A stretch of 64,000 nucleotides of DNA from Rhodosorus marinus CCMP1338 (GCA_029953675.1 JAMWBK010000001.1:1550001-1614000); one strand, 5' to 3'; counted from the first letter of the stretch, positions 10,869 through 22,705 are shown. Made by a program: numbers and translations. The notes: a model not told the origin generated them from the sequence alone.

Positions 10869-10941
10869 TACCGCCTGTGGAGCTCGAACCCACGACCACA
10901 AGGCTAAGAGCCTCGCGCTCTACCAACTGAGCTAGGCCGCC
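10869..10941 (-). tRNA. tRNA-Lys(CTT)-like sequence, probably a pseudogene or SINE head
   Basis: 73 nt: GGCGGCC-TA-GCTCAGTTGGTAGAGC-G-CGAGG-CTCTTAG-CCTTG-TGGTC-GTGGG-TTCGAGC-TCCAC-AGGCGGT-A. A and B boxes and the D, anticodon and T arms form, but the acceptor stem has three mismatches. A T5 run (Pol III terminator-like) lies at 10838-10842 on the minus strand. Confidence 0.75.
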
Positions 10942-11028
10942 CGCTTCGAGATAAACAGGTTGGCAAAATTGCGGGCGCTAAACCGCTGCCAATCGCGGGG
11001 TGCGAAAAAGTTGATTTTTGGGGACATT

Positions 11029-11612
11029 GGACTTTACTGGACTTTACTGGACTTTACTAAAGCGCTACGCAAGGCGTGAAGATGAACTAATAACTAGGGA
11101 GAGAAGCATGCAACCCCAGGCGCCGATGGCGCGCCTCGGAAAGCATGTCGCTGGAATATCGCCAAAGGGAGACACTTAAACGCCTCAAGAGCGCCAAACA
11201 TTCAGTAGGATGCTCAGCAAAACATTTCCGCAACCACTCTAAACCCGACTTATCGACGTGACCAAAGCTTTCCACAATGAATGGCTGGAACCGGTGAGAG
11301 CGACCCTCAGCGCAAGGCAGACTGGCCATGCTCTCAGCATACCGTCGTTCCTTAACTCTTCGAAGGGCTGAAGCCGCGGCCCCCCGGCGGCGGGCGGCTG
11401 CGGTGAGGTGGGCGCTGGCCACGGGGCAGGTAATCGCAAGGTCCACATATGTTGAGCGTCTGGCAGCAGCGTCGGAGACGAGGAGATCGGCTATACAACG
11501 GGGCGGTGCAGAGTCCGAGATGGATCTGGGCAGTTCCGACTCAACCTCAACCGTATGCCCTATCCGAGTCAAAAATTCGCTGAGGATGTACTTGAGGCGA
11601 GTGTGACGCCTC
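11029..11612 (-). mobile_element. 5'-truncated family A 3' fragment with three tail repeats
   Basis: RLE ORF 11087..11572; tail (GGACTTTACT)3 on the plus strand from 11029. Confidence 0.93.
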
Positions 11613-14509
11613 GGACTTTACTAGCATAGCCTGAAGCGCTACGCAAGGCGTGAAGATGAACTAATAACTAGGGAGGGAAGCATGCAACCCCAGGCGCCGA
11701 TGGCGCGCCTCGGAAAGCATGTCGCTGGAATATCGCCAAAGGGAGACACTTAAACGCCTCAAGAGCGCCAAACATTCAGTAGGATGCTCAGCAAAACATT
11801 TCCGCAACCACTCTAAACCCGACTTATCCACGTGACCAAAGCTTTTCACAATGAATGGCTGGAACCGGTGAGAGCGACCCTCAGCGCAAGGCAGACTGGC
11901 CATGCTCTCAGCATACCGTCGTTCCTTAACTCTTCGAAGGGCTGAAGCCGCGGCCCTCCGGCGGCGGGCGGCTGCGGTGAGGTGGGCGCTGGCCACGGGG
12001 CAGGTAATCGCAAGGTCCACATATGTTGAGCGTCTGGCAGCAGCGTCGGAGACGAGGAGATCGGCTATACAACGGGGCGGTGCAGAGTCCGAGATGGATC
12101 TGGGCAGTTTCGACTCAACCTCAACCGTATGCCCTATCCGAGTCAAATATTCGCTGAGGATGTACTTGAGGCGAGTGTGACGCCTCGTACGGAGACCTCG
12201 CAACAGTCCGCAGGAACCCAGGAAGTGGTAGCCACAAGCGTCAATCCGGCTCTCACATCCCTGACAGAAAGACGGCCGATTAGAGTGCCACGGAGCCTGT
12301 GGCAAACCGAGATAGATCCGTGCGGCAGAACGGAACTGGAAAGCATCGAGACGATGACTCAATGATGACGGTAGAGTGGTTAACCACAAGTGCGAGAGGT
12401 GGCCTCCCATGCCGCGGAGACAAGCGGCAGTGGTAGGCGGCGTGAGAGGAGAATTGAGCATGACTGTGTGAGCGGCACTGTGTTGGCCCCAGGTGCGGCT
12501 ATGTTGAATCACATCAGTGCGGGAGCTCCACAATCGGCTCAAACCCGGGTAGTCTGCAACAGGGGACCCGGGGCTAGCCTCTCCGTCATCGGCAAGAACT
12601 CGGTCGAGGGGAGAATCCTCAATCGCTTCAGCTCGTCCCCATAACAGCTCCCTCCAGGAACGAAAGCGGGACCGATTTGCGTCCGGCACGGCGTTGCACC
12701 TCCTGAACGCGTGTTGAAGACCATCATAAATTGTCAAAAGCGGGGGCGGCAGGGTCACTGGATCCTCGTTGGTCAAAGCTCGAGCCAAGAGGCAGGCACT
12801 TCGCATCTGGAAGGTCACCAACGTTCGCAGCGCGGTAGCCCAGGAGGCAACCGCCGCTGGCGAGCATACCAGCCCACGGTCTGCGACGCCGAATCCCCTA
12901 ATCGCAACGGTAGAGCGATCTGTGCACGAATAAAGTCCCTGTCGGGAGCAGCTTCAAGATCGAGGGGCTCATCCAAGAGCGTTCCCCAGTGTTGCAGGGT
13001 CATTTCGTCGGCTTTAGCCGCGATCCACGAGCCCCAAGCTGGAGGCAGGCTGCGCAACCAGTAGTTGAGTCTGGGACCGGCACAAAAGCGGGAAAGCAAG
13101 CAGGCCGATTGCAGCATGCTGTCGGGTAGGTGCTCAATGGCGTCGGTGAGTTGCTTGTGCCGTGCCAAAACTCGCTCGCAGGATGCTTGGACAAAGTTGT
13201 CAGTCCCCAATCCGACGCCGTGGTGTTCGAACCCTTCACGTTCGCTGATTAGTCGCAGAGTGGGTGGCAGAGAGGTCAGCGACACGTCCCTCGGGGGGAG
13301 AAAGCGACATTTTTCTGTTTCCACAGTCAAACCGACGCGACGTGCAATCGCTTCGATCGCGGTCAGTCCCCTAGCCAGGGTGTCAGGGGTGCCCAGCAAT
13401 GTTACGTCATCGTGGTACGCGCAGATTCGAAGATCCGAGACCTCAGTCGAAAGACGTAAAAGTACGAGCTGTAGGGCACAGGCATGAAGAAGAGGTCCGC
13501 AAGGGTCGCCTTGTTGGACGCCAGTATGTGCTTGAAAAACAGTGCCCTCCGTTGTCAAGTAGGGGAGGCTCTCCCCTCCGTAAATACCCGATAGAAACGG
13601 CCACGCCTCCGGAAACACCCGTCGGAGCACCTCTAGCGCATGCGTCCGCGACACGCTGTTGAATGCGTTCCGGAAATCAACCACCAAGACTCCCCACTCC
13701 GGCCTACTGGCGCGTTCTAGCTCGATCCCATGGGTGATCAGTTCGCAACCCCCAGAAAATCCCACCCCTACTTGCAAGGGCGCCATAAAAGCTGTGACGC
13801 GCTGGCGAAGGCGCTGGCATAGCCACCTCCCGGCTAACTTCCGTAGGCTCTCCACCATCCCGATCGGCCGGAGACGCGGGTGGGCCGGCTGGTGGTCAGG
13901 TTTCGTGAGCAAGCAAAGCTGTGCCTGCCGGAGATGTTCCCATGGCGCAGACGCACCCGATACGCCCTGGAACAACTTGTTAAGGATCCTCAGAAGCGCG
14001 CTCTTGCAAGGCTGGCTCAGGGCCTGCAATAGCTCTGTTCTTAGTCCGGAGGGTCCGGGACAGCGTCCCCGACGCGAGGTACGAAGCAAATCCTCCAGGT
14101 CAGACTCACTGAGCGTCAGATCGATGCGAAACCTGGCCAACTCCGGACGGTCCAAGAATACCTCGAATTCAGGGGACAAATCCACGTCGGACTCAGGGAA
14201 CAAAGACGACACCGTCTGGGCGAGACTATCATCGTAGGGCAGGACAGGCGCCTGGCCCTCCAAAACCCGCGCCGCTCGACTTAAATCGCCCACTGCTACC
14301 AATTTCTGTACTCGAGCCGGCACGGGCGACACTGTGCCATGCCGAGTCCGACGGGCGGATGGTGCTGACGACGCCAAATAGCTGCGCTGTAGTACTTCGA
14401 AGTCTCCCTTCAAGAACAGGGCCAGTCGGTCTCGTACTCGCCATCTGCGCTCCGATGTGTGAATGGGGGCCAGAATCAGGCGCGGCATGACCCCCAGAAA
14501 AACCCAAAT
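11613..14509 (-). mobile_element. 5'-truncated family A copy (A2): most of ORF2 plus 3' end
   Basis: Track ORFs 12815..14650 and 11661..12821 are split by a C4/C5 homopolymer difference near 12897. Together with 11029-11612 it is bracketed by GACATT at 11023-11028 and 14510-14515. Confidence 0.95.
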
Positions 14510-14519
14510 GACATTAGCA

Positions 14520-15380
14520 TACCGACTTTGGGGCTCGAACCCACGACTACAAGATTTAAGAGCCTCGCGCTCTACCAACTGAGCTCTCAGTGGCTCATGA
14601 CCGTACCAGCCTTTCCGCCACTCACACTGTCGGGTTTCGAACACGCACACTTCACTGCGCTTATACCTCGGCTTACATCAGCCCCCCTGGCCGTACGAGA
14701 TGGGTGTCCTCTCTGCTCTCAGACTGAAGACAACGCAGATTTTGGCGCCCGCCTGCTCGGTAGTTGCCCGGCGGTGAAAGGTGCTCGAACCCGCCGCCAT
14801 ACGCGGATCTTGAACCTGTTATACCGGGAACTTCGGCCAATAGTCCGGCAAGCCGGTCTGGAAATCGAACGTGAAAAACCTTTACCCGTCGCGGACTTTC
14901 AAAATGATGAACGCCGTGTAGCCGACCTGGTGATCACCTGTGACGACAGCCGCCGTACCACATACGTTGATCTTGCTGTTCCTAATCCTCAAGCTAGTCG
15001 TTATCTCCCGGCTGCGGGGGAGCGCCGTGGATCTGCCGCCGCCAGTATGAGACGCCGCAAAGAGATCAAATACGCGGGGGCTTTGTCTTCCCCTGGTGTT
15101 CGTCCTTCGGCACTAGCACATCGCTCGGTACCCCTGATCATTGAGTGCTTTGGGTTCATGAACTCTGTTGGTTCTCGCTGGCTTCGGGAGTTGTTCCGCG
15201 AACGCCCTGACCGTCTTCAATCGTTGTTTACCCGCTTAAGTTTCCTGCTGTGGCGCATGAATGCCGCTTTGATGTTGGAGGCGCGAGTACTTCGCCGCAC
15301 TTAGTCTTTTTTTCCCCTCGGGGTTTTTTCTTTCAGCCTCCGATTAAACCATTCGTTCGTACCAACTGAGCTAGGCCGCC
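14520..15380 (-). pseudogene. Second tRNA-Lys(CTT)-like unit, split by a family B insertion
   Basis: 14520-14585 plus 15373-15380 reconstitute a sequence homologous to 10869-10941, and the flanks (TTGGCAAAATT..GCGCTA; TAGCATA) are also shared. Confidence 0.85.
14586..15359 (+). mobile_element. 5'-truncated family B element (RLE domain plus 3' end) with a 13-bp TSD
   Basis: Peptide VADLVITCDDSRRTTYVDLAVPNP..KEIKY; ends CCGATTAAACCATTCGTTCG; TSD TACCAACTGAGCT at 14573-14585 and 15360-15372. Confidence 0.95.
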
Positions 15381-15764
15381 GGCTTCGTGATTAACGGGGT
15401 TGGCAAAATTGAGCGCGCTAGCCCGGAGCTCAAATTGCTGAGAGCGTCGGGGTCTTTTGCGGCAGTTGCTGGCTGGGGACGTACGAACTGGGAGGTTCGT
15501 GGGCAGTTTGACATCAAGACTGCGTACTAATATGGCATGGAAGAGGAATTTAACATCTATAGAACCACATCAAGGAGATAATAGGCGATGTTAATGAAGG
15601 AGAAAAGGGGCGCGGAGGTGCTCTTGTCGAAACTAGACAGAGACCGGCGGGAGAAGGCCATGGAAGAGGAATTTGGCGTCTATAGAGCAAGATCGGATCT
15701 GAAATTTTGGTCAAGGGGTTCGCTGGGAGTTTAGGTAATGAAGACAAAATTACAGCCACGCTCC

Positions 15765-16217
15765 AGGTCGATCCCCCGGGTGATCAATTCGCAACCCCCC
15801 GAAAATCCCACCCCTACTTGCATGGGCGCCATGAAAGCCGTGACCCGGTTGGCGAAGGTACTGGCATAGCCACCTTCCAGCTAGCTTCCGTAGGCTCTCG
15901 GCCATACCGATCGGTCGGAGACGGGGGTGGGCCGGCTAATGGCCAGGCTTCGTGAGCAAGCAAAATTGTGCCCTTCGGAGATGTTCCCATTGGGCAGACG
16001 CTCCCGATGTGCCCTGGAACAGTTTGTTCAGGATCTTGAGCAATGCGCTCCGGCCAGGCTTGCCCAAGGCCTGCAATAACTCGGTTCGAAGCCCTGAGGG
16101 TCCAGGACAGCGTCCACGACGCGAGGTACGAAGTAAATCCTACAGATCAGACTCGTTGAGACTCAGGTCGATTTGAAACCGGGCCAACTCCGGACGGTCC
16201 AAGAATGCCTCGAATTC
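15765..16217 (-). mobile_element. Diverged A' RT-region fragment
   Basis: Homologous to 13730-14170 (GPSGLRTELLQAL / QLCL / VGFSGG region). Confidence 0.8.
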
Positions 16218-16344
16218 GGGTAGCAAGTCCATGTCGGAAGAGGGGAGCAAAGATGACACCTATTCTAGCATCATGGTTGTCCAGAAGCGCCATCGGCGCC
16301 AGGGTTTGCACGCTTCCCCCCCTAGTTCTTACGCCTTACATAGC

Positions 16345-16800
16345 GTTTCAGGATATGCTAATATACTCCCCACTACGTGCCCACCTCCTCGTTCGAGCGC
16401 CCGTCAAACTGGTTATGCTGCCGCCAACGTTTGGCCGGGAAACGAGCCAATATCGGGATACCATCGGTGACCATGATGACCGCCAATTTGTACCCTTCGC
16501 CGTCGAAGGGTTAGGACGCTTGGGCAACCGCCCCAGGACTTGATTACTGAAACCTCCAAACATCTTGAGCACACAGCGGACGCGCAAGCGCTGGTGCGCG
16601 GAACTGAATCGAGAGCTATGGCGAAGTACGGCTCACTTGGCGATTCATGCCTTGCGCAAAGATAATCATGTTCGGACGCTGTTACCTATAGAAAGTAGTC
16701 TTCAACCCCACTCTGGGGTCTCCCTAGCCTAGTCCCTCCTGTTTTCCTTGCGTATCCTTAGCGCTTCATTGGGTAGTTGGAATAAACGGAAACAGTAAAA
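16345..16800 (+). mobile_element. Family C RLE 3' fragment, second copy
   Basis: QFVPFAVEGLGRLG; homologous to 5925-6290 including the 3' end; preceded by a short A' 3' end (16285-16345). Confidence 0.75.
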
Positions 16801-16889
16801 CACATTTCCTAGTTCTTAGTTCCTTCGTCACGCCTTGCGTAGCGCTTGGGGGTTACGTAGACGACTTGGATTGGGATTGGATTGGGAAT

Positions 16890-18560
16890 AAGTGGGGTTT
16901 TGAATCTTTTTCGGTCGTGAGCGTGTTCGTTTGTGGGAAGGGTTTCCTCTGGTAGTCCTTCCCCCTTTTCCGGAGTGTGTCGCTTTCTACTGCAACTTTC
17001 TCTCTCTCTCGTGGGGGTGCGTTGAGGAGATTTCCCCCTTTGGGTTGGGTGTGGTCAATTATTCTCTCGGTGAGGTTTTTTTGGCCGTGCAACGTTTCCT
17101 TTGCACATCCTCTCAGGATGGTAGGGTATCTCCGAGCTCGACGGAGCCCCATAACGAGGAGGCACTGCCAGGTGGTGGACTCAGTGTTCGCCTCAGATGC
17201 GCGACCTCTAAGAAAGCCCTCGGAGGGAGAAAAGCGAGTTTATGAGCGGAATAGCCCCGGGCACCTTCTCTTCAGAGGTTGACTTGGAGGGCGCTTCTGG
17301 CACCCAGGTGCACTGTCTCAGCTGTCACCAGCCTGATCACGGCTGCGGGTGATCGAGTCGTGCTACCCCAGCTAAACCAGCGGCTCGGCTCGCTGTAATC
17401 GGGACTGGTTTCGCGGGGAAATTCAAACCCGAGTGATAGTTTGAATCCCAGAGTTGCAGCGGTTGCTGAAGGCAGTCAAAATCTTGCGGTCAGTCAAAAA
17501 TGAACCTGTCCCGGGACAAGCGAGGGCGGTTGGGCCAGAGTGGGACAATGCGGTGTGTTCCGCGAACGCCCTGACCGTCTTCAATCGTTGTTTACCCGCT
17601 TAAGTTTCCTGCTGTGGCGCATGAATGCCGCTTTGATGTTGGAGGCGCGAGTACTTCGCCGCGCTTAGTCTTTTTTTCCCCTCGGGGTTTTTTCTTTCAG
17701 CCTCCGATTAAACCATTCGTTCGTTGGGAAGTGGAACTCGGGGGGCCAAAACGAGCTTCAAGCGCTCGGGAACCGGACGCAACGGCGGTGGTGATTGTGA
17801 GGCAACCGGGTTGGCGGCGAATGAAGCTGTGTCTCCAGGCTTAGCAACCTTATCATCTGGAGCGGACTTCCCGGTCCTTGGCAGGTCCCGTGCGGGTCAA
17901 CCGCCTCAGGCCCAGGCTGGTGTAAGTGATCGCCCCAAGGCGGGGCCATCGTACATTTCGGCGCTGCGGAAGGGCACCACTGCCGCCCGTACGGCGCAAT
18001 GACACGCTATTTGCCTCATAGGGAGCCTAAGGTTGGAACCACGGAAACCACTTCGCAATTTGTCTGGATGCGGAACGTTCGGCCGAGACAACCCGTGGGC
18101 AGGTGCCGAACATGCGCGATTTCCGCAAAATTTGCGCGGAATCCTTTGGCTGTAGTCGGGAAGAATTTATCTTTGCCAACTACGAGGGTCGGGACGTTCT
18201 TTTGCTGCTCACAGCGAACACTTTGGGCTCACGTCGCGAGGATTTCATCTTTGCCAATACTGAGGGTCGAGACGGCCTGTTCATCGTCACCGCGAACGCG
18301 GCCACCTACCTCCAGGCCTTACTGGCCAAGCCCACCGAATAGTGGCCTGAGAGCTCCCGCTGGTTGCATTCTCACCCTCAGGTCGCCCTTTTTTTCGCGT
18401 TCGACCCTTTCTCGGAACAATTTCTGTCCCTGCGACAGACTGAAGGGCTCTCGGAGCAGGAGCGCAGCGTGAAGGCGACATCCATCCACTGACTGCGCAT
18501 TCGACGCATGGAGAGGATCTTGTTGGATAGGTTCCAGTCAGGGCCTCGTCACCTGCGCAC
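16890..18560 (+). mobile_element. Diverged A' 5'UTR plus ORF1 remnant, interrupted by a B 3' fragment (about 17555-17723)
   Basis: Collinear with 455-1800 (GPSYISALRKGTTAART; QFVWMRNVRP; MRDFRK). The internal piece ends CCGATTAAACCATTCGTTCG. Confidence 0.82.
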
Positions 18561-18574
18561 AGACGTGGAGGCAG

Positions 18575-20800
18575 ATCCCTCCAACACCCCCAGCCTCCAT
18601 AGCTCTGCCTGGTACTGCGAGGTCAGCCCAAGGCGCCTCTCCGGATCGAAGAAGGTGGAAATGGGTGTGCGCAGGTGACAAGTGGCTGACCGGAACCTCT
18701 TCACCAAGATCTTCTCAATGCGCTGAATACGCAGCCAGTGGGTGGATGCCGCCTCCACGTTGCTCTCCTGCTCCGAGAGCCCTTCAGTCTGCCCCCGGGG
18801 ACAAAAAGTGCCCCGTGAACCGGTCGAACGCGAAATCCAGGATGTCCTGGAGTTACGTTAGTCTGGGGTTACGTAACCCCGTGGGGGAGAACGTAACCAT
18901 CGGGCACTCTCAGGCCACAGCTCGGTTGGCTTGGCCAGCAAGGCCTGTGGGTAGGTGGCCGCGTTCGCGGTGACGATGAACAGGACGTCTCGACCCTCAG
19001 TACTGGCAAAGATGAAATCCTCGCGACGACAGCCCAAAGATTCTGCAAATTGTTCCGAAAATCGCGCATACTCGGAACCTGGCCCCGGGTCGTCTGGGGC
19101 ATAAAGTTTCTCACCCAGACGAACTGCAAAAAAGTTTCGGGGGTGCCTACAACCCCAGACTACGGAACCTACAACCTCAAACTACGGGGTTACACTACGG
19201 GACTCTCGCCCATGCCGATCGGCCGGAGACGCGGGTCGCCGGCTGATGGTCGGTTTTCGTGAGCAAGCAAAACTGTGCCCGTCGCAGTTGATCCCAGTGG
19301 GCACTCGCACTCCCTGCGCCCTGGAACAGCGTATTGAGGGTCTTCACCAGTTCGCTCTCGCCAGGCTTGCTCAAGGCCTGCAATAATTCCGTTAGTAGCC
19401 CGGAGGGTCCAGGGCAGCGTCCACGACGGGAGGTCCGGAGCAAATCCTCCAAAACAGATTCTCGGTTTTACTGGCTTTATTTGCATAGCTTGAACGCTAC
19501 GCAACGCGTGAAAATGAACTACGAACTAGGTAGGGAAGCGTGCAAACCCAGGTGCCTATGGTGCGCTTCGGCAAGCATGCTACTCGAATATCGCCACAGA
19601 GAGACACTTAAGCGCCGCAAAAGTTCCAAGTATTCAACAGGATGCTCAGTAAAACATTTCCGCAACCACTTCAAACCCGACTTCTCCACGTGACCAAAGC
19701 TTTCCACAAAGAAAGGCTGGAACCGGTGGGAGCAACCCTCAGCGCGAGACAGACTGGCCATAACAACTCTCAGCATACCATCGTTCCTTCACGCGGCGAA
19801 AGGCCGAAGCCGCTGCTCCCCGGCGGCGGGCGGCAGCCGTGAGATGGGCGCTTGCCACAGGGCATGTAATCGCGAGGTCAACATATACTGAGCGTCTGGC
19901 GGCTGCATCGGAGACGAGGAGATCTGCGATACAGCGGGGCGGTGCCGTGTCCCGAGACCGATCTGGGTAGTTCCGATTCCACCTCAACCGTATGCCCTAC
20001 CCGAGTCAAACATTCGCTGAGAATTTGTTGGCTTTATTAGCATAGCCTAAAGCGCTACGCAAACCGTGAAAAAGAACCAAGAACTAGGTAGGGAAGCGTG
20101 CAAACCCAGGCGCCGATGGCGCGCCTCGGCAAGCATGCTGTCGAACATCGCCACAGAGAACTACTTAAACACCGCAAAAGTTCTAAGTATTCAACAGGAT
20201 GCTCAGTGAAACATTTCCGCAACCACTCCAAACCCGCCTTCTCCACATGACCAAAGCTTTCCACAATGAAAGGCTGGGACCGGTGGGAGCGACCCTTTCC
20301 ACAATGAAAGGCTGGGACCGGTGGGAGCGACCCTCAGCGCGAGGCAGACTGGCCATACTCTCAGCATACCGCGTTCCTTCACGCGGCGAAGGGCCGAAGC
20401 AGCTGCTCCCCGGCGGCGGGCGGCAGCCGTCAGATGGGCGCTTGCCACAGGGCATATAATCGCGAGGTCAACATACGCTGAGCGTCTGGCCGCTGCATCG
20501 GAGACGAGGAGATCTGCGATGCAGCGGGGCGGTGCCCTATCCGAGACCGATCAGGGTAGTTCCGATTCCACCTCAACCGTATGCCCTACGGAGCCAAATA
20601 TTCGCTGAGAATGTACTTGAAGCGAGTGTGACGCCTCGTACGAAGATCTCTCAACAGTCCGCATGAAGCTAAGAAATGGTAACCACAAGAATCGATCCGA
20701 CTTTCACATCCCTGACAGAAAGACGGTCGATTAGAGTGCCACGGAGCTTGTGGCAAACCCAGGTAAATCCGTGCGGCAAAGCTTTTTTCAGCATCTCAAT
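18575..20800 (-). mobile_element. Cluster of diverged A' fragments (ORF1, RT and at least two 3' ends)
   Basis: Track ORFs 18549..18758, 18869..19129, 19195..19452, 19519..19776 and 20055..20264 all match A ORF1/ORF2 pieces. 3' ends near 19470 and 20035; a 38-bp tandem duplication near 20259-20335. Confidence 0.82.
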
Positions 20801-20884
20801 ATGCTGCCACTGATTTAGGCCCCAGACCACAAAGGGCCAGTTCCCGTCTAAGCGTGATATTCGGAACATATGTTGTCAGTTTAT

Positions 20885-22468
20885 TTAATGTTCGCAAAGA
20901 GAAAAGCTCCTTTCAAAAACCGTTTCGTTGTGTTTCTTTACAAACCGGCTCCGTTCCCTCATTAAATCGTCACGGTATTTCCTTGCCTGCTCTATAGTCA
21001 TCGGCCGCTCTGGATGACCTCCAGATTGCGATTTTTTCCCGCGATACCATGCCTCCTGTTGCGGTGGAACCCTCCTCGTGCTCCACACACGTCTCGTTGG
21101 ATCCACCAGGAAGAACACCAGAATCTTCCTCACACCGGGCTTCCTCGTGTCCGACAGATGAAACGGCTCTACTCGGTGCTGAAGCGTATTCGGAAAGCAC
21201 ACGCACCGACCAGAGGTACATAGAACGTACCCTTTGGATTGGTTCAGCGGATCTTCGTCAACTATCCCGTACACAGCCTCAACGCCTCGTTGATCGTCTT
21301 GTTCGTAGTCTGGTTCCTGGACAGCCTGTCTGAAGCTCAACCTCGACTCCGTGATGTTCTCCGATGCATAATAGTAGATCCCTGACGCGACGATGTGCTC
21401 GTTCTCCATTCCCTCTACGTGCCAAGCGCCGCCTCCGTAGCTCGGTTTGGCTGGAGTGAGAACGATGTTGGCGAGCTTGGTAATCACCTGCAGCCTTCGT
21501 CCTCGGAGTTCAACCCTGTCGCGGAAACCCTCTGGCACGGGAAACGACGCCGGTAGCGATGGTTCAATGACCGGCCGCGTCTCCTCCCACTGTTCCGTCG
21601 CTCGGTAGTCCTCTTCTTCGTCGAAGTTGGGAGTTGGGGGGTACCATTCGGTTTCTACTTCGATCAAATTGGGCCAGGGGTTCTTCATGTGCGTCAAGAC
21701 CTTTTCAAACATTGGAATGAACCTCGAAAGGATCTTTTCCAGAACTTGAACGACGTGCGCGTGGTCGACTGGGTGGACGTTGTTCACGTACGAATCGAAC
21801 TTGGCGTTGCCACAGTCGTCGATGACGACCTCAGAGGGAAGCCACTGGAACTTTGAGGATACCGTGTACCTGCACGCCTTGAATCTATTGAAGTCAAATG
21901 CCTCATCGGAGCGATCCCTGCTTTCGTCTCTGAAAAATTCATCGGTGACCGGCTCACCGTGCCCAAGCAGTTGGCTCCAGTCCATGTCCATTTCCGCCTC
22001 CGATACCACGGGGCTGACTCCCTTCACGAGGCAAAAGAGTGAAGGATGAACCAAGTCTAGAACCTGTTGATCCGATCCAGGATGCCAATCCTTATCCGGC
22101 GAATCTTCAAAGATCTTCACAGCGCTCAAAAGTCTGTCACGGACCTCCGCTACGATCCGTTCATCTGACTCGTAAACGCCATCAACCGGAGCCGGTCTGA
22201 TGTCACCATCGCGCAGTTGATTCAGGAAATTGAGCTTCTCCATGACGATCTTATACGCCTCGCTGGAGGCACCCTGTTCACGCGCTTCTGCCTCCCATCT
22301 TTGGGCAACCTCTTCCCTCTCAATCTTGTTCCACCAGTCGGGCTTGATCATCAGCGCATTGCAAAGCTCTTGCACCCTCAGCTCGACCAAGCACCTCGGT
22401 CGAGCTGAGGGTGCTCCGTCCAGTACATACGACGGAAATTTGCCAAGATCATCGTTGCTCTCCATCAC
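20885..22468 (-). CDS. DUF4246-like protein (527 aa), probable 2OG-Fe(II) oxygenase-type fold
   Basis: Intact intronless ORF. Motifs DWHPGSDQQVLDLVHPSLF, KFQWLPSEV, YVNNVHP, QVITKLANIVLTP, WHVEG..EHIVASGIYY, FPNTLQHRV, RKILVFFLVDP are ones I recognise from DUF4246 proteins. Confidence 0.85.
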   Translation of the reverse strand: MMESNDDLGKFPSYVLDGAPSARPRCLVELRVQELCNALMIKPDWWNKIEREEVAQRWEAEAREQGASSEAYKIVMEKLNFLNQLRDGDIRPAPVDGVYESDERIVAEVRDRLLSAVKIFEDSPDKDWHPGSDQQVLDLVHPSLFCLVKGVSPVVSEAEMDMDWSQLLGHGEPVTDEFFRDESRDRSDEAFDFNRFKACRYTVSSKFQWLPSEVVIDDCGNAKFDSYVNNVHPVDHAHVVQVLEKILSRFIPMFEKVLTHMKNPWPNLIEVETEWYPPTPNFDEEEDYRATEQWEETRPVIEPSLPASFPVPEGFRDRVELRGRRLQVITKLANIVLTPAKPSYGGGAWHVEGMENEHIVASGIYYYASENITESRLSFRQAVQEPDYEQDDQRGVEAVYGIVDEDPLNQSKGYVLCTSGRCVCFPNTLQHRVEPFHLSDTRKPGVRKILVFFLVDPTRRVWSTRRVPPQQEAWYRGKKSQSGGHPERPMTIEQARKYRDDLMRERSRFVKKHNETVFERSFSLCEH

Positions 22469-22705
22469 GGATTATGGTTCCCGTCTTCGCGCATCTCCAT
22501 CTCCGCTCCCCGGCAAAAAAAAAGTTCAGTCTTTACCCCTCGTGCACTCCAGATCAGATCGTATCCCCCTAACAAAAAAAACAACAAAAAACTTTCGCAC
22601 ACAGGTTGCTAACCCCAAAACTCACAAACCCTGCACTCGTTTCATCTAACCCTGTCTCGGCCCTACACACCCTCCCCCCCTCCTAACTCATCACTAGGCC
22701 GCGCC

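Noticed and set aside
10869-10941. Functional tRNA-Lys gene
   Set aside because: The acceptor stem has three mismatches and position 38 is G, so it is reported only as tRNA-like.
13659-14237. Recurrent antisense ORFs (e.g. 192 aa MNAFRKSTT.., 140 aa MSLGPAQK..) in every A copy
   Set aside because: They recur only because the copies are near-identical and GC-rich DNA has few stops. They are not conserved in B.
18545-18680. Inverted repeat GTCACCTGCGCAC / GTGCGCAGGTGAC as a hairpin element
   Set aside because: Explained by two oppositely oriented, mutually diverged A' ORF1 fragments meeting here.
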